A DNA stretch of 64,000 nt from Candidatus Pelagibacter sp. (GCA_045567235.1 JBJLDI010000047.1:307-64306); one strand, 5' to 3'; numbered from the stretch's first letter, positions 43,657-51,841 are shown. Program-made: numbers and translations. Notes: generated from the letters alone by a model not told the origin.

Positions 43657-44600
43657 ATAAGAAGCTTATATCAAGAATCTCAAATGGTTTTGGAAATCAA
43701 ATGTTCTTATATGCTACATCATATGTTTTAGCAAAAAAGAATAATTATGATTTATTTTTAGATATTCATACTGGAATTAATCACGATATTAAAAGAAGTA
43801 AAAAAAATAAATTCAAAAATTATATACCCAAATATGAATTAGAGATCTTTAATTTAAGTTGTGATGTTTTAAATAAAGATTTAACTTTTGACTCAACTCT
43901 TGGATATCTTAAACGTAAAATTTATATTTTATTAGATAAATTTAAGAAAAACAAAAATTTTATTTTTGAAAAAAAAAATTTACAAAAACGTCATTTTTTC
44001 AACCAAATAGATCAATCTTTTTTTCAGAATAAAAAAATATATATTGAAGGTCATTTTGAGTCAGAAAAATATTTTCTAGAATACAGAAATGATATTTTAA
44101 ATGAGTTTGATTTTAAAAATAAAATTACTTGTAATGAAAAATATTATGAAAATATTGTGAATTCTAATTCAATTTCCTTAGTTTTTAGAAGTAATCGTTT
44201 TACTGAAAAATACAGGGATGAAAAATCACCAGAAAAAATTGATAAAACAAAAAAATTTGAGGATGATCAATATGTTTATATTTTAAAAGCTATCGAGTAT
44301 TTTAATAAAAGAATTTCAAATCCAAAATTTTTTTTATTTTCAGACGATTTTACAAAAATTGAAAATAAGCTTAACAATTTTAATAATATTATTTTTGTAA
44401 AAAATTTCTTATCCAATAAAACATTAGAAGATTTTTTTCTAATGATTAAATGTAAAAATTACGCTGTAGGACCTACTACTTTCCATTGGTGGTCGGCTTG
44501 GCTTAATAATAATCCTGATAAGATTTGTGTAAGACCTCATAATCTTAACCCTTCAAATAATATAGATTTTTGGCCTGAATCTTGGGATATTATCAAATGA
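43653..44600 (+). CDS. GT11 alpha-1,2-fucosyltransferase-like protein
   Basis: GFGNQMFLYA, EGHFESEKYF, FSDD, TTFHWWSAWLN. Confidence 0.85.
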   Translation: MNKKLISRISNGFGNQMFLYATSYVLAKKNNYDLFLDIHTGINHDIKRSKKNKFKNYIPKYELEIFNLSCDVLNKDLTFDSTLGYLKRKIYILLDKFKKNKNFIFEKKNLQKRHFFNQIDQSFFQNKKIYIEGHFESEKYFLEYRNDILNEFDFKNKITCNEKYYENIVNSNSISLVFRSNRFTEKYRDEKSPEKIDKTKKFEDDQYVYILKAIEYFNKRISNPKFFLFSDDFTKIENKLNNFNNIIFVKNFLSNKTLEDFFLMIKCKNYAVGPTTFHWWSAWLNNNPDKICVRPHNLNPSNNIDFWPESWDIIK

Positions 44601-45325
44601 GAAGGTTTCTTTCAAAATTATTAAATCCAAGATGTGTTTATATTAATTTATATAATTCTATTTCTGAAATACCTCGATATTTCAACATAACCAATTATCT
44701 AAATAAAAAACAAAACTTTATAGAGTTTAATAACTTTAAGAAAAATAAAAATTTTTTTTATAAAATAAGAGAATCTTTTTTATCAATTTTCATAAGTTCA
44801 TATGATAAAGATATTATTTCAATTTTAGATATTGGGGGTGGTTTTAATAATGTTTATGACTTTATCACTAATTCCTCTTCTAAAAAAATTGATGTTACTG
44901 TCTTAGAAACCAAAATGATTGTTGATTTAATGAAGCCAGAAACAAAAGATATTCAAAATTTAGATTATATTGAAGATATTAATAATACACAGAAAAATTT
45001 TGATATTATTTATTTCGGAACCTCATTTCAATATTTTATTTCTCTAGAAGAATTTTTATCGAAGATTTTTAAACTTAAAGCCAAATATATAGTCATAGCA
45101 GATACTATTTTTTTAGAAAAAAGGAACTCTCTAGTTACTTTACAAATAAATACATTTCCATCGATAATACCTCAAAAATTTAACAATATAGATGAGGTAA
45201 TCAATCTTTTTAAAAATAGTAATTATAATTTAATTTATAAATCAAAAAGGAAACCTGGAAAGCATAATATGCTTAAAAAAAACGAATACTTTTATAGAGA
45301 TTTAATTTTCGAATGTTTTGATTAG
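44597..45325 (+). CDS. Putative class I SAM-dependent methyltransferase
   Basis: ILDIGGGF motif I, FDIIYFGTSFQY; ATG 44597 overlaps the GT11 stop (ATGA). Confidence 0.7.
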   Translation: MRRFLSKLLNPRCVYINLYNSISEIPRYFNITNYLNKKQNFIEFNNFKKNKNFFYKIRESFLSIFISSYDKDIISILDIGGGFNNVYDFITNSSSKKIDVTVLETKMIVDLMKPETKDIQNLDYIEDINNTQKNFDIIYFGTSFQYFISLEEFLSKIFKLKAKYIVIADTIFLEKRNSLVTLQINTFPSIIPQKFNNIDEVINLFKNSNYNLIYKSKRKPGKHNMLKKNEYFYRDLIFECFD

Positions 45326-45326
45326 A

Positions 45327-46280
45327 TTAAATTTTTATTTTATTTAAAGCATTATTTTTAAATATATTGGCTTCTCTTATATATCTTCTAACCATTTGTG
45401 TTGTTTTATGACCTGTCATTGCCATTATACTTCTTTCATCTGCGCCTGACTCAGCTGCAACTGTTGCAAAACCTGATCTTAAACTATGACCTGCAAAGTT
45501 TTTATTTTCAATGCCTGCTAAATGTAGATATTCTTTCATCAGTAAAACTACAGATTGGTCTGTTAATCTGTTTTCGGTTAAAGATGAGCCTTTAGAAAAT
45601 CTTCTAAAAATAGGTCCGGATTTTATTTTAGATATTTCCAACCATTTTTTAAGATTAGCTACTGGACAATATGTTTCATTATTAAAGTAGGGTAGACCCT
45701 TAGTCATTCCCTCGCCAAATTGGTCGGTTTTAGATCTCTTAATTGTTATTTTAAGCCCTTCTGAAACAAATTCTAAATCTTCATGGTCAATTGAAATGAG
45801 CTCAGTTCGTCTAAAACCACCCCCAAAGCCGATTAAGATTATTGACTTATCTCTTAATTTCTTATTCTCCTCAATTTTTTGTTCATTAATTACATTAATT
45901 ATTGATTTTAAATGATTGATTAATATAGGTTTTTTTCCCTTTTGAATGCTCCCTTTAACTCTTCTTATGCCCATTAAATTTTCAACAATGATTGGATGTT
46001 TTGTATCTAAATAATGCCCTTTAAGTTTATGAACCATACTTATTGAAACCAATCTTCGTCTTAAAGTGCTTATTTTTGAGTTTTTAGAGAGATGGGTTAG
46101 GTATAATGAAACTATTTTCGGCTCTGTTGGTAATGAATTTAATCCATGCTTAGCACAAAAAGCTCCAAAATCTTTAAAATCTGATTTATAAGCTCTTAAT
46201 GTGTTATTAGCTTTAGAGTTTTTGAGATTATTCAAAGTTGCTTCATGAAGCGATTTTAAGTCTGTTGTAAGTTCATTCAT
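45327..46280 (-). CDS. Cre-like tyrosine recombinase
   Basis: NTLRAYKSDF N-terminal domain; catalytic set R (GFRRTEL), K (RSKTDQ), HSLR, TGH, Y (RRYIR); no arm-binding domain. Confidence 0.92.
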   Translation of the reverse strand: MNELTTDLKSLHEATLNNLKNSKANNTLRAYKSDFKDFGAFCAKHGLNSLPTEPKIVSLYLTHLSKNSKISTLRRRLVSISMVHKLKGHYLDTKHPIIVENLMGIRRVKGSIQKGKKPILINHLKSIINVINEQKIEENKKLRDKSIILIGFGGGFRRTELISIDHEDLEFVSEGLKITIKRSKTDQFGEGMTKGLPYFNNETYCPVANLKKWLEISKIKSGPIFRRFSKGSSLTENRLTDQSVVLLMKEYLHLAGIENKNFAGHSLRSGFATVAAESGADERSIMAMTGHKTTQMVRRYIREANIFKNNALNKIKI

Positions 46281-46283
46281 ATA

Positions 46284-46318
46284 ATTACTATTGATAACAA
46301 TTAATTATCAATAGTAAT
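46284..46318. repeat. Perfect 14-bp inverted repeat with 7-bp spacer; candidate recombinase core site
   Basis: ATTACTATTGATAA-CAATTAA-TTATCAATAGTAAT, 3 bp from the recombinase start codon. Confidence 0.8.
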
Positions 46319-46342
46319 ATATCAAGTGATTTCTATTGTCAA
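46314..46342 (-). promoter_or_regulatory. Putative sigma70 promoter of the recombinase
   Basis: Minus strand TTGACA (46342-46337), 17-bp spacer, TATTAC; the -10 overlaps the inverted repeat. Confidence 0.5.
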
Positions 46343-46359
46343 TAGTTTAAAATAAATTT

Positions 46360-46527
46360 ATGGGAACAATTGATGGTATTATAGAACCTATATATTTTTT
46401 GATAACATCAATTGCTTTTATAATTTTAAGTTTAATTCAATACAAAAAGGTTGGAAAAAGCACTGAAACTATTTACCTATCAGTTTTAGCGATAGTATTT
46501 TTAATCAGCTATCTAATATTACCCTAA
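46360..46527 (+). CDS. 55-aa two-helix membrane protein (absent from ORF track)
   Basis: MGTIDGIIEPIYFLITSIAFIILSLIQYKKVGKSTETIYLSVLAIVFLISYLILP; two hydrophobic segments with a Lys-rich loop. Confidence 0.65.
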   Translation: MGTIDGIIEPIYFLITSIAFIILSLIQYKKVGKSTETIYLSVLAIVFLISYLILP

Positions 46528-46633
46528 AAACAAACAAAGTTATCACCATTATTCACAGATAATTGTGTAAAATAAAAGAATCAATTAAAAAGTGATACAT
46601 CTATTTTACTCAACATGTTAAGTTAAAAATAAC

Positions 46634-46816
46634 TTAAGAGGCAACTCTTAACTGGCCAGCCAGGGAAAAGTCGAGAGACCTAAGCCTGGAGGGCAGAAAA
46701 CCCTGCAAAGCAGCGCTAAACATGCGGGGTGGTCGGTTCGGCGGTAGCGCATAAAACGACGAGCCAAAACTACTGTTCTTTGCACCATAAAAAGTGCAAG
46801 GAAACAGGGTTTTTTT
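46634..46816 (+). ncRNA. GC-rich structured non-coding RNA, family unassigned
   Basis: Sharp GC rise; GNRA hairpins TTAAGAG-GCAA-CTCTTAA and GTC-GAGA-GAC; helices CCAGG/CCTGG, GCGCTA/TAGCGC, AAAACCCTG/CAGGGTTTT; 3' T-run. Confidence 0.8.
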
Positions 46817-46821
46817 CAAAA

Positions 46822-47097
46822 ATGAGCCTCAAAGGAACAAAATTTCAATTAAAAGTCTGGAAATATCTCAAAAGTATTAAAAAAGGCACTGTAAAAACTT
46901 ATAAAGAAGTGGCTATTGCTATAAAAAGCCCTAAATCAGCTCGTGCAGTAGCTAATGCATGTGCAAAAAACCCATATGCTCCAAAAATACCTTGTCATAG
47001 AGTTATTAGATCTGATGGAAGTCTTGGAGGCTACTCTGGAAGAGGTGGAATTAAGCAAAAGCTTAGATTATTAAGATATGAAAAGGTATCAATTTAG
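46822..47097 (+). CDS. ogt: Minimal O6-methylguanine-DNA methyltransferase (C-terminal domain only)
   Basis: GTKFQLKVW, TYKEVA, ARAVANA, active-site IPCHRV; likely start ATG 46822. Confidence 0.85.
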   Translation: MSLKGTKFQLKVWKYLKSIKKGTVKTYKEVAIAIKSPKSARAVANACAKNPYAPKIPCHRVIRSDGSLGGYSGRGGIKQKLRLLRYEKVSI

Positions 47098-47558
47098 GCA
47101 TATTTTAAAGCTTTTTTACGTTAAAAAAACCAATAAATTCAACATTTTTTTACCATTTTATCTGTTTTCTTCATAAATAATATAATTCACCCTTCAGTTG
47201 TAGCATATATACGCTTATATCTAAAATAGACCCCTCTATGGCCGTTTAAATGGTATATTCAATTAGTGCATCGCTCTACTATTCAACATTAACAACACTT
47301 TTAGACTGCCCTATTTTTCGAATAATTTCATCATTACTATGTTAAAAAACCCCCTAATTTAAATGATTATTTGCTCTTTTTCATAATTGGCTAAAATTTT
47401 TATATTTTGTAGCAATTTATAAGGATTCAGTTATTGAAAATATCCTAAAATTACATAATTTTATTATTTTTATATTGTAAAATAAATATAATAATTACAA
47501 CGGTTTAATTGATATAATTAAAGTAATAGTTTATATATTAGTAAACAAATATTTACTA

Positions 47559-48410
47559 TTAGTTAATTTTTTTAACAATTTCTTCTCTCCTTGAAATGTA
47601 AATGCCGCTTAAGACGATAATGAATAAACCTAAAAAAGTCCAATTATCAGGAAAATCACTAAAGAAATAATAACCTATAATGATATTTGTTATAATCTCA
47701 AAGTAACTAAATGGTGCTAATTTAGAAGCATCTGCGTATTTAAGAGATAATATTAAGAATAAATGCCCTACACAAGCAAATACACCTATAGCAGCCATCA
47801 TTGACCATTGATTAAATGTTGGTTTAACCCAAACAAATGGCATTACAGTAGAAATGATTATGGCCCCTACTGCACCAGTTAATAACAAAGTTAATAAAGG
47901 ATTATCTGAAGTACTCAATTTTCGAGTAATAATTAAATAAAACCCATACATTACACCTGTTCCAAGAGCTGCTACGCTTGCTAAATTAATCTCTACAAAA
48001 CCAGGTCTTATAACTACCAAAGAACCTATAAATCCCACAATTACAGCAGACCACCTTCTAAAACCTACCTTCTCACCTAAAAAAATTGGTGAAAAAGCTG
48101 TAACAATTAATGGGGCAATAAATGCTAAAGTTAATGCTTTTGCTAATGAGATTACTGAAATTGCATAAAAAAAACAAATATTAGCACATAATAAAATTAA
48201 ACCTCTAATAAATTGTAATTTAGGTTTATCTGTCCATACTAATTTTTTTTTAAAAAAGAAAAACATAATAGGTAAAGTAAAAACAACAGTAAAAAAATAT
48301 CTTGCCCAAGTAATTTGTAAAACTGGCATATCAGCACTTAAATATTTAGCAAAACCATCCATTATAGGAAGCATTACCCATGCTAATAGGTTGAAAGTTA
48401 TAGCCTTCAT
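47559..48410 (-). CDS. EamA/DMT family transporter
   Basis: About 10 hydrophobic helices; LGEKVGFRRW, IRPG, ASKLAPFSY. Confidence 0.88.
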   Translation of the reverse strand: MKAITFNLLAWVMLPIMDGFAKYLSADMPVLQITWARYFFTVVFTLPIMFFFFKKKLVWTDKPKLQFIRGLILLCANICFFYAISVISLAKALTLAFIAPLIVTAFSPIFLGEKVGFRRWSAVIVGFIGSLVVIRPGFVEINLASVAALGTGVMYGFYLIITRKLSTSDNPLLTLLLTGAVGAIIISTVMPFVWVKPTFNQWSMMAAIGVFACVGHLFLILSLKYADASKLAPFSYFEIITNIIIGYYFFSDFPDNWTFLGLFIIVLSGIYISRREEIVKKIN

Positions 48411-48426
48411 TTGGCGAAGATATATG

Positions 48427-49323
48427 TTAATTAAAGTATTTTAAAGCAAAGAATACTACAATAGGTATTGTTATAAATGACATTAAGGTTGATACAACAA
48501 TAGTACTAGCAATATTATCTACAATTTTTTTTGGAGAATACATACTTCCCACAAGATAATTTAAGATAGCACTTGGCATAGCACTTTGTATTAATAATAC
48601 ACCGGCAGCAAATCCTGATAAATCAAAATAATAAATAATCAAAAAAGCAATTAAAGGTCCCAAAATTACTCTACATAAAGAAAGTATTACAGAGTCTTTT
48701 AATGAAAATCTAAATCTTGTTAATGCAATACCTAAAGACATTAAAACCAAGAAAATTGTTGCGTAAGTTAACAGAAATGTAGTGTTTTCAAGAAATAGTG
48801 GTGTTTCTATTTCAAAATATAAGAAAATAACAGAAATAATGATTGCATAAACAGGTGGACTTTTAATTACTACATCTAAGGAAAATTTTTTATTAGCTAA
48901 AAAAACACCCAATGTAAAATGAAATAAAATAATAACTGAAGCAATAGCAGAGGCAACTCCTAATCCTTGAGTACCATAGGCAAAAAGGCAAATTGGGACA
49001 CCCATATTACCAGTATTAGGCAAAATTAAAGGTGGTAATTCCATGCTTAAATCTTTTTTTAGTAGAAAAAGAAAAATAAGCCCTAAGATAGCAAATCCCC
49101 CTATCATTATTAAAGCATAAACAAAATAATGAGTAAAAACATTTAAAGTAATTCCAGTAGTAGTAACTGTATAAAATATCATCGCTGGTGTACCTATATT
49201 GCCAGCAAAAATTGTTATAAAATTTGTGTCAATGTTCGGATTTTTTTTACCTAAATAATAACCAACACCAATTACAAAAAAAACAGGAAAAATAACTTCA
49301 AATATTTTGACGTAAATTTCCAT
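48427..49323 (-). CDS. AEC (auxin efflux carrier-like) family transporter
   Basis: PNTGNMGVP, SPPVYA, QSAMPSA, VVSTLMS. Confidence 0.88.
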   Translation of the reverse strand: MEIYVKIFEVIFPVFFVIGVGYYLGKKNPNIDTNFITIFAGNIGTPAMIFYTVTTTGITLNVFTHYFVYALIMIGGFAILGLIFLFLLKKDLSMELPPLILPNTGNMGVPICLFAYGTQGLGVASAIASVIILFHFTLGVFLANKKFSLDVVIKSPPVYAIIISVIFLYFEIETPLFLENTTFLLTYATIFLVLMSLGIALTRFRFSLKDSVILSLCRVILGPLIAFLIIYYFDLSGFAAGVLLIQSAMPSAILNYLVGSMYSPKKIVDNIASTIVVSTLMSFITIPIVVFFALKYFN

Positions 49324-50615
49324 TAATTATAAAGTCTTATTAGTGTAGGAAACTTAAGAATATTTTTATTCTTATTAAAAATTGATAAGCATTTTTTTAT
49401 ATTAATTTCTGTTGTTTTATGGGTAATAATGACAATAGTGGCTTTTTTAGATTTTTTATCAGGTGTTTGAATTAATCTTTTCACTGAAATGTTATATTTT
49501 GCTAATCTGTTAGTGATGCTAGATAAAACACCAGGTTTATCTTTTACTTCAAATCTTAAATATAAAGAATTTGAATAATTATTTGGATTATAACATCTAA
49601 TATATTTTCGCTTAGTGCTAGGTATGCCAAAGGGTTTTTTAACATCACCTTTTAATATTGCAGATAAATCAGATAATAAAGATGAAGAAGTAGGACCTGG
49701 TCCTGCTCCCTCACCTTGTAATATACTTTCTCCGATTGGTTTACCTTCTAGAATAACTGCGTTCATTACACCTGAAACATTACCAATATAAGTATTTTTA
49801 CTTACAAGACATGGATGAACTGTCTCAAATAATTGACCGTTAATAATCTCAGAAATTCCTAATAATTTAATTCTTAAATTCAATTGATTAGCAATTTCAA
49901 TATCTTTTAGCTCAATCTTTTCTATACCTTCCATTAAGCATTTATGTTTTGAAATTTTTGTATTAAATGCAAGTGCTGATAAGATTCTTACTTTAGCAAA
50001 CGCATCAAAACCATTTAAATCTAATTTGGGATTACCAGGTTCAGCATATCCAAGTGATTGAGCTTTTTTTAAAACATTTGCAAAACTATCTCTAGAATCT
50101 CTCATTTCTGAAAGAATATAGTTGGTTGTACCGTTTAAAATTCCATAAACTTTAGAAATTTTATTAGTAGCCAAACCTTCTTTAATAGTCCTTATTATTG
50201 GAATACCTCCAGCAACAGATGCTTCAAATTCTAAATTAACATTGTTATCCTCAGCCAATTTTGACAAGTAATCACCATGTTTTGATATAAGCCCTTTATT
50301 AGGTGTTATTACATGTATTTGATTTCTAAGTGCAGTTTCAACAACTTTTTTAGATATACCATCAGATTGTCCAATGACTTCAAATAAAACATCAGGTTTA
50401 ATTTTTTTAATAATCTTGATCGGATCAGTATGAAAAATTTTTTTATTTATCTTATATTTTCTTTTTTTATTTCTATTTTTGGCTGATACAGCAGATATTT
50501 GAATTTTTTTACCAGATTTAATTTCTATATTTTTCTTTTTTAAATTAAGTTCACGATATAAATAATTTCCGACTTGACCTAATCCGATGATTGCAATTTT
50601 GATTATTTTAGTCAT
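49323..50615 (-). CDS. hom: Homoserine dehydrogenase with ACT domain
   Basis: GLGQVG, FEASVAGGIP, GILNGTTNYIL, GAGPGPT, DKPGVL. Confidence 0.96.
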   Translation of the reverse strand: MTKIIKIAIIGLGQVGNYLYRELNLKKKNIEIKSGKKIQISAVSAKNRNKKRKYKINKKIFHTDPIKIIKKIKPDVLFEVIGQSDGISKKVVETALRNQIHVITPNKGLISKHGDYLSKLAEDNNVNLEFEASVAGGIPIIRTIKEGLATNKISKVYGILNGTTNYILSEMRDSRDSFANVLKKAQSLGYAEPGNPKLDLNGFDAFAKVRILSALAFNTKISKHKCLMEGIEKIELKDIEIANQLNLRIKLLGISEIINGQLFETVHPCLVSKNTYIGNVSGVMNAVILEGKPIGESILQGEGAGPGPTSSSLLSDLSAILKGDVKKPFGIPSTKRKYIRCYNPNNYSNSLYLRFEVKDKPGVLSSITNRLAKYNISVKRLIQTPDKKSKKATIVIITHKTTEINIKKCLSIFNKNKNILKFPTLIRLYN

Positions 50616-50789
50616 TTAGTCATCTATATTTGGGTATGGACTATTATTTGCATATTCTTCTAATTTTAATTTAAATTCCTCTAAAGTTAAATCATCTGAA
50701 AAATTTATATCTGAAACTGTATTAATATTTGCATTTTGATTATACACACAGCCAGAGAATAGGAGAAATATCAAAATAAATCTTTTCAT
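50616..50789 (-). CDS. 57-aa putative lipoprotein (absent from ORF track)
   Basis: MKRFILIFLLFSGC signal with lipobox; start overlaps argC stop (ATGA), stop abuts hom start. Confidence 0.75.
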   Translation of the reverse strand: MKRFILIFLLFSGCVYNQNANINTVSDINFSDDLTLEEFKLKLEEYANNSPYPNIDD

Positions 50790-51808
50790 CTCAAACCTTC
50801 TTTAACATTAAAATTATATAATATATTCATATTTTGTATTGCCTGACCAGCTCCACCTTTAATTAAATTATCAATAGCAGACAGTATTATAACTTTATTT
50901 TTATATTTAGTTTTACACACTGAAATCATACAATTATTAGTATTTATTACATCATTGGTGCTTATGAGAGTATTTTGTTTTTTTATTATAATAAATTTAG
51001 ATTTTTTATAAAACTTACTTAATTGATTATGTAAGTTATTGATAGTTTTTCCTTTTTTAAGATCTACATAGATTGTACTTAGAATACCTCTGAACATAGG
51101 AGATAAATGAGGTGTAAAAGAAAAAGTAAATTTTTGCTTGCTATATTTTTTAATCATTTGATCTATCTCAGAATTATGTCGATGAAAACCAATGCCATAA
51201 GCACTTAATGACTCATACAAATTTTTATCTTTATATTTTTTATGCACACCTCTACCTGCACCTGAATAACCTGATTTTGAATCAATAATCATATTATCTT
51301 GTTTTAGTAATCTTTTTTTAATTAATGGTATCAAAGGAATCAATATTGAAGTTGGATAACAACCAGGACAACCAATAATATTAAATTTTTTAATATTTTT
51401 ACCAGTTAACTCAGGTAATGCATAAATAGATTTTTTAATTAAATTTGGAGATTTATGTTTTTGTTTATACCATTTTAAATATTCTGATGCTTTTTCTAAT
51501 CTAAAATCAGCAGCTAAATCAATTAAAGTATTTTTGTTTAATAAATATTTAGATATGTCTTGAGCTTCACCGTTTGGAAGTGCAGTAAAAATAATATCAA
51601 TATCTTTTAATAAATTTTTATTAAATTTTATGATATTTGGTAATTTTTTAGATTTTAAAGTTTTATCATAAGTAGAAATTTTTTTTCCAACCGATGAGTT
51701 TCCACATAGATATTTAATTTTAATCTTATTATGTTTAAGTAATAATTTGATTAATTGAATACCAATGTAACCAGTACATCCAGCAACTAAAACATTAAGC
51801 TTAGGCAT
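50786..51808 (-). CDS. argC: N-acetyl-gamma-glutamyl-phosphate reductase
   Basis: GCTGYIG, DLAADFRL, PGCYPT, SGYSGAG, DNLIKGGAGQA. Confidence 0.96.
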   Translation of the reverse strand: MPKLNVLVAGCTGYIGIQLIKLLLKHNKIKIKYLCGNSSVGKKISTYDKTLKSKKLPNIIKFNKNLLKDIDIIFTALPNGEAQDISKYLLNKNTLIDLAADFRLEKASEYLKWYKQKHKSPNLIKKSIYALPELTGKNIKKFNIIGCPGCYPTSILIPLIPLIKKRLLKQDNMIIDSKSGYSGAGRGVHKKYKDKNLYESLSAYGIGFHRHNSEIDQMIKKYSKQKFTFSFTPHLSPMFRGILSTIYVDLKKGKTINNLHNQLSKFYKKSKFIIIKKQNTLISTNDVINTNNCMISVCKTKYKNKVIILSAIDNLIKGGAGQAIQNMNILYNFNVKEGLR

Positions 51809-51841
51809 TGTTTATTATAACAGTTTATAGTTAAAAAAAAA

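Noticed and set aside
40357-46280. Prophage or integrative element inserted at tRNA-Glu
   Set aside because: No duplicated tRNA 3' end seen near the recombinase, no phage or conjugation genes, and the recombinase lacks an arm-binding domain.
46634-46816. RNase P RNA, SRP RNA, glycine riboswitch or group I intron
   Set aside because: Only loose resemblance (GGGAAAAGTC, GAGAGACC); the diagnostic conserved blocks are not present.
46634-46819. 61-aa minus-strand ORF and the 31-aa N-terminal extension of the 46729 ORF
   Set aside because: Open frames arise from the GC-rich structured RNA; composition is unlike the other proteins here.
47320-47350. Canonical XerCD dif site (CTATGTTAAA resembles the XerD arm)
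   Set aside because: No XerC arm at 6-bp spacing; likely a chance AT-rich match.
46530-47558. Replication origin
   Set aside because: Only two DnaA-like boxes, genes converge rather than diverge, and no dnaA, hemE, gidA or parAB nearby.
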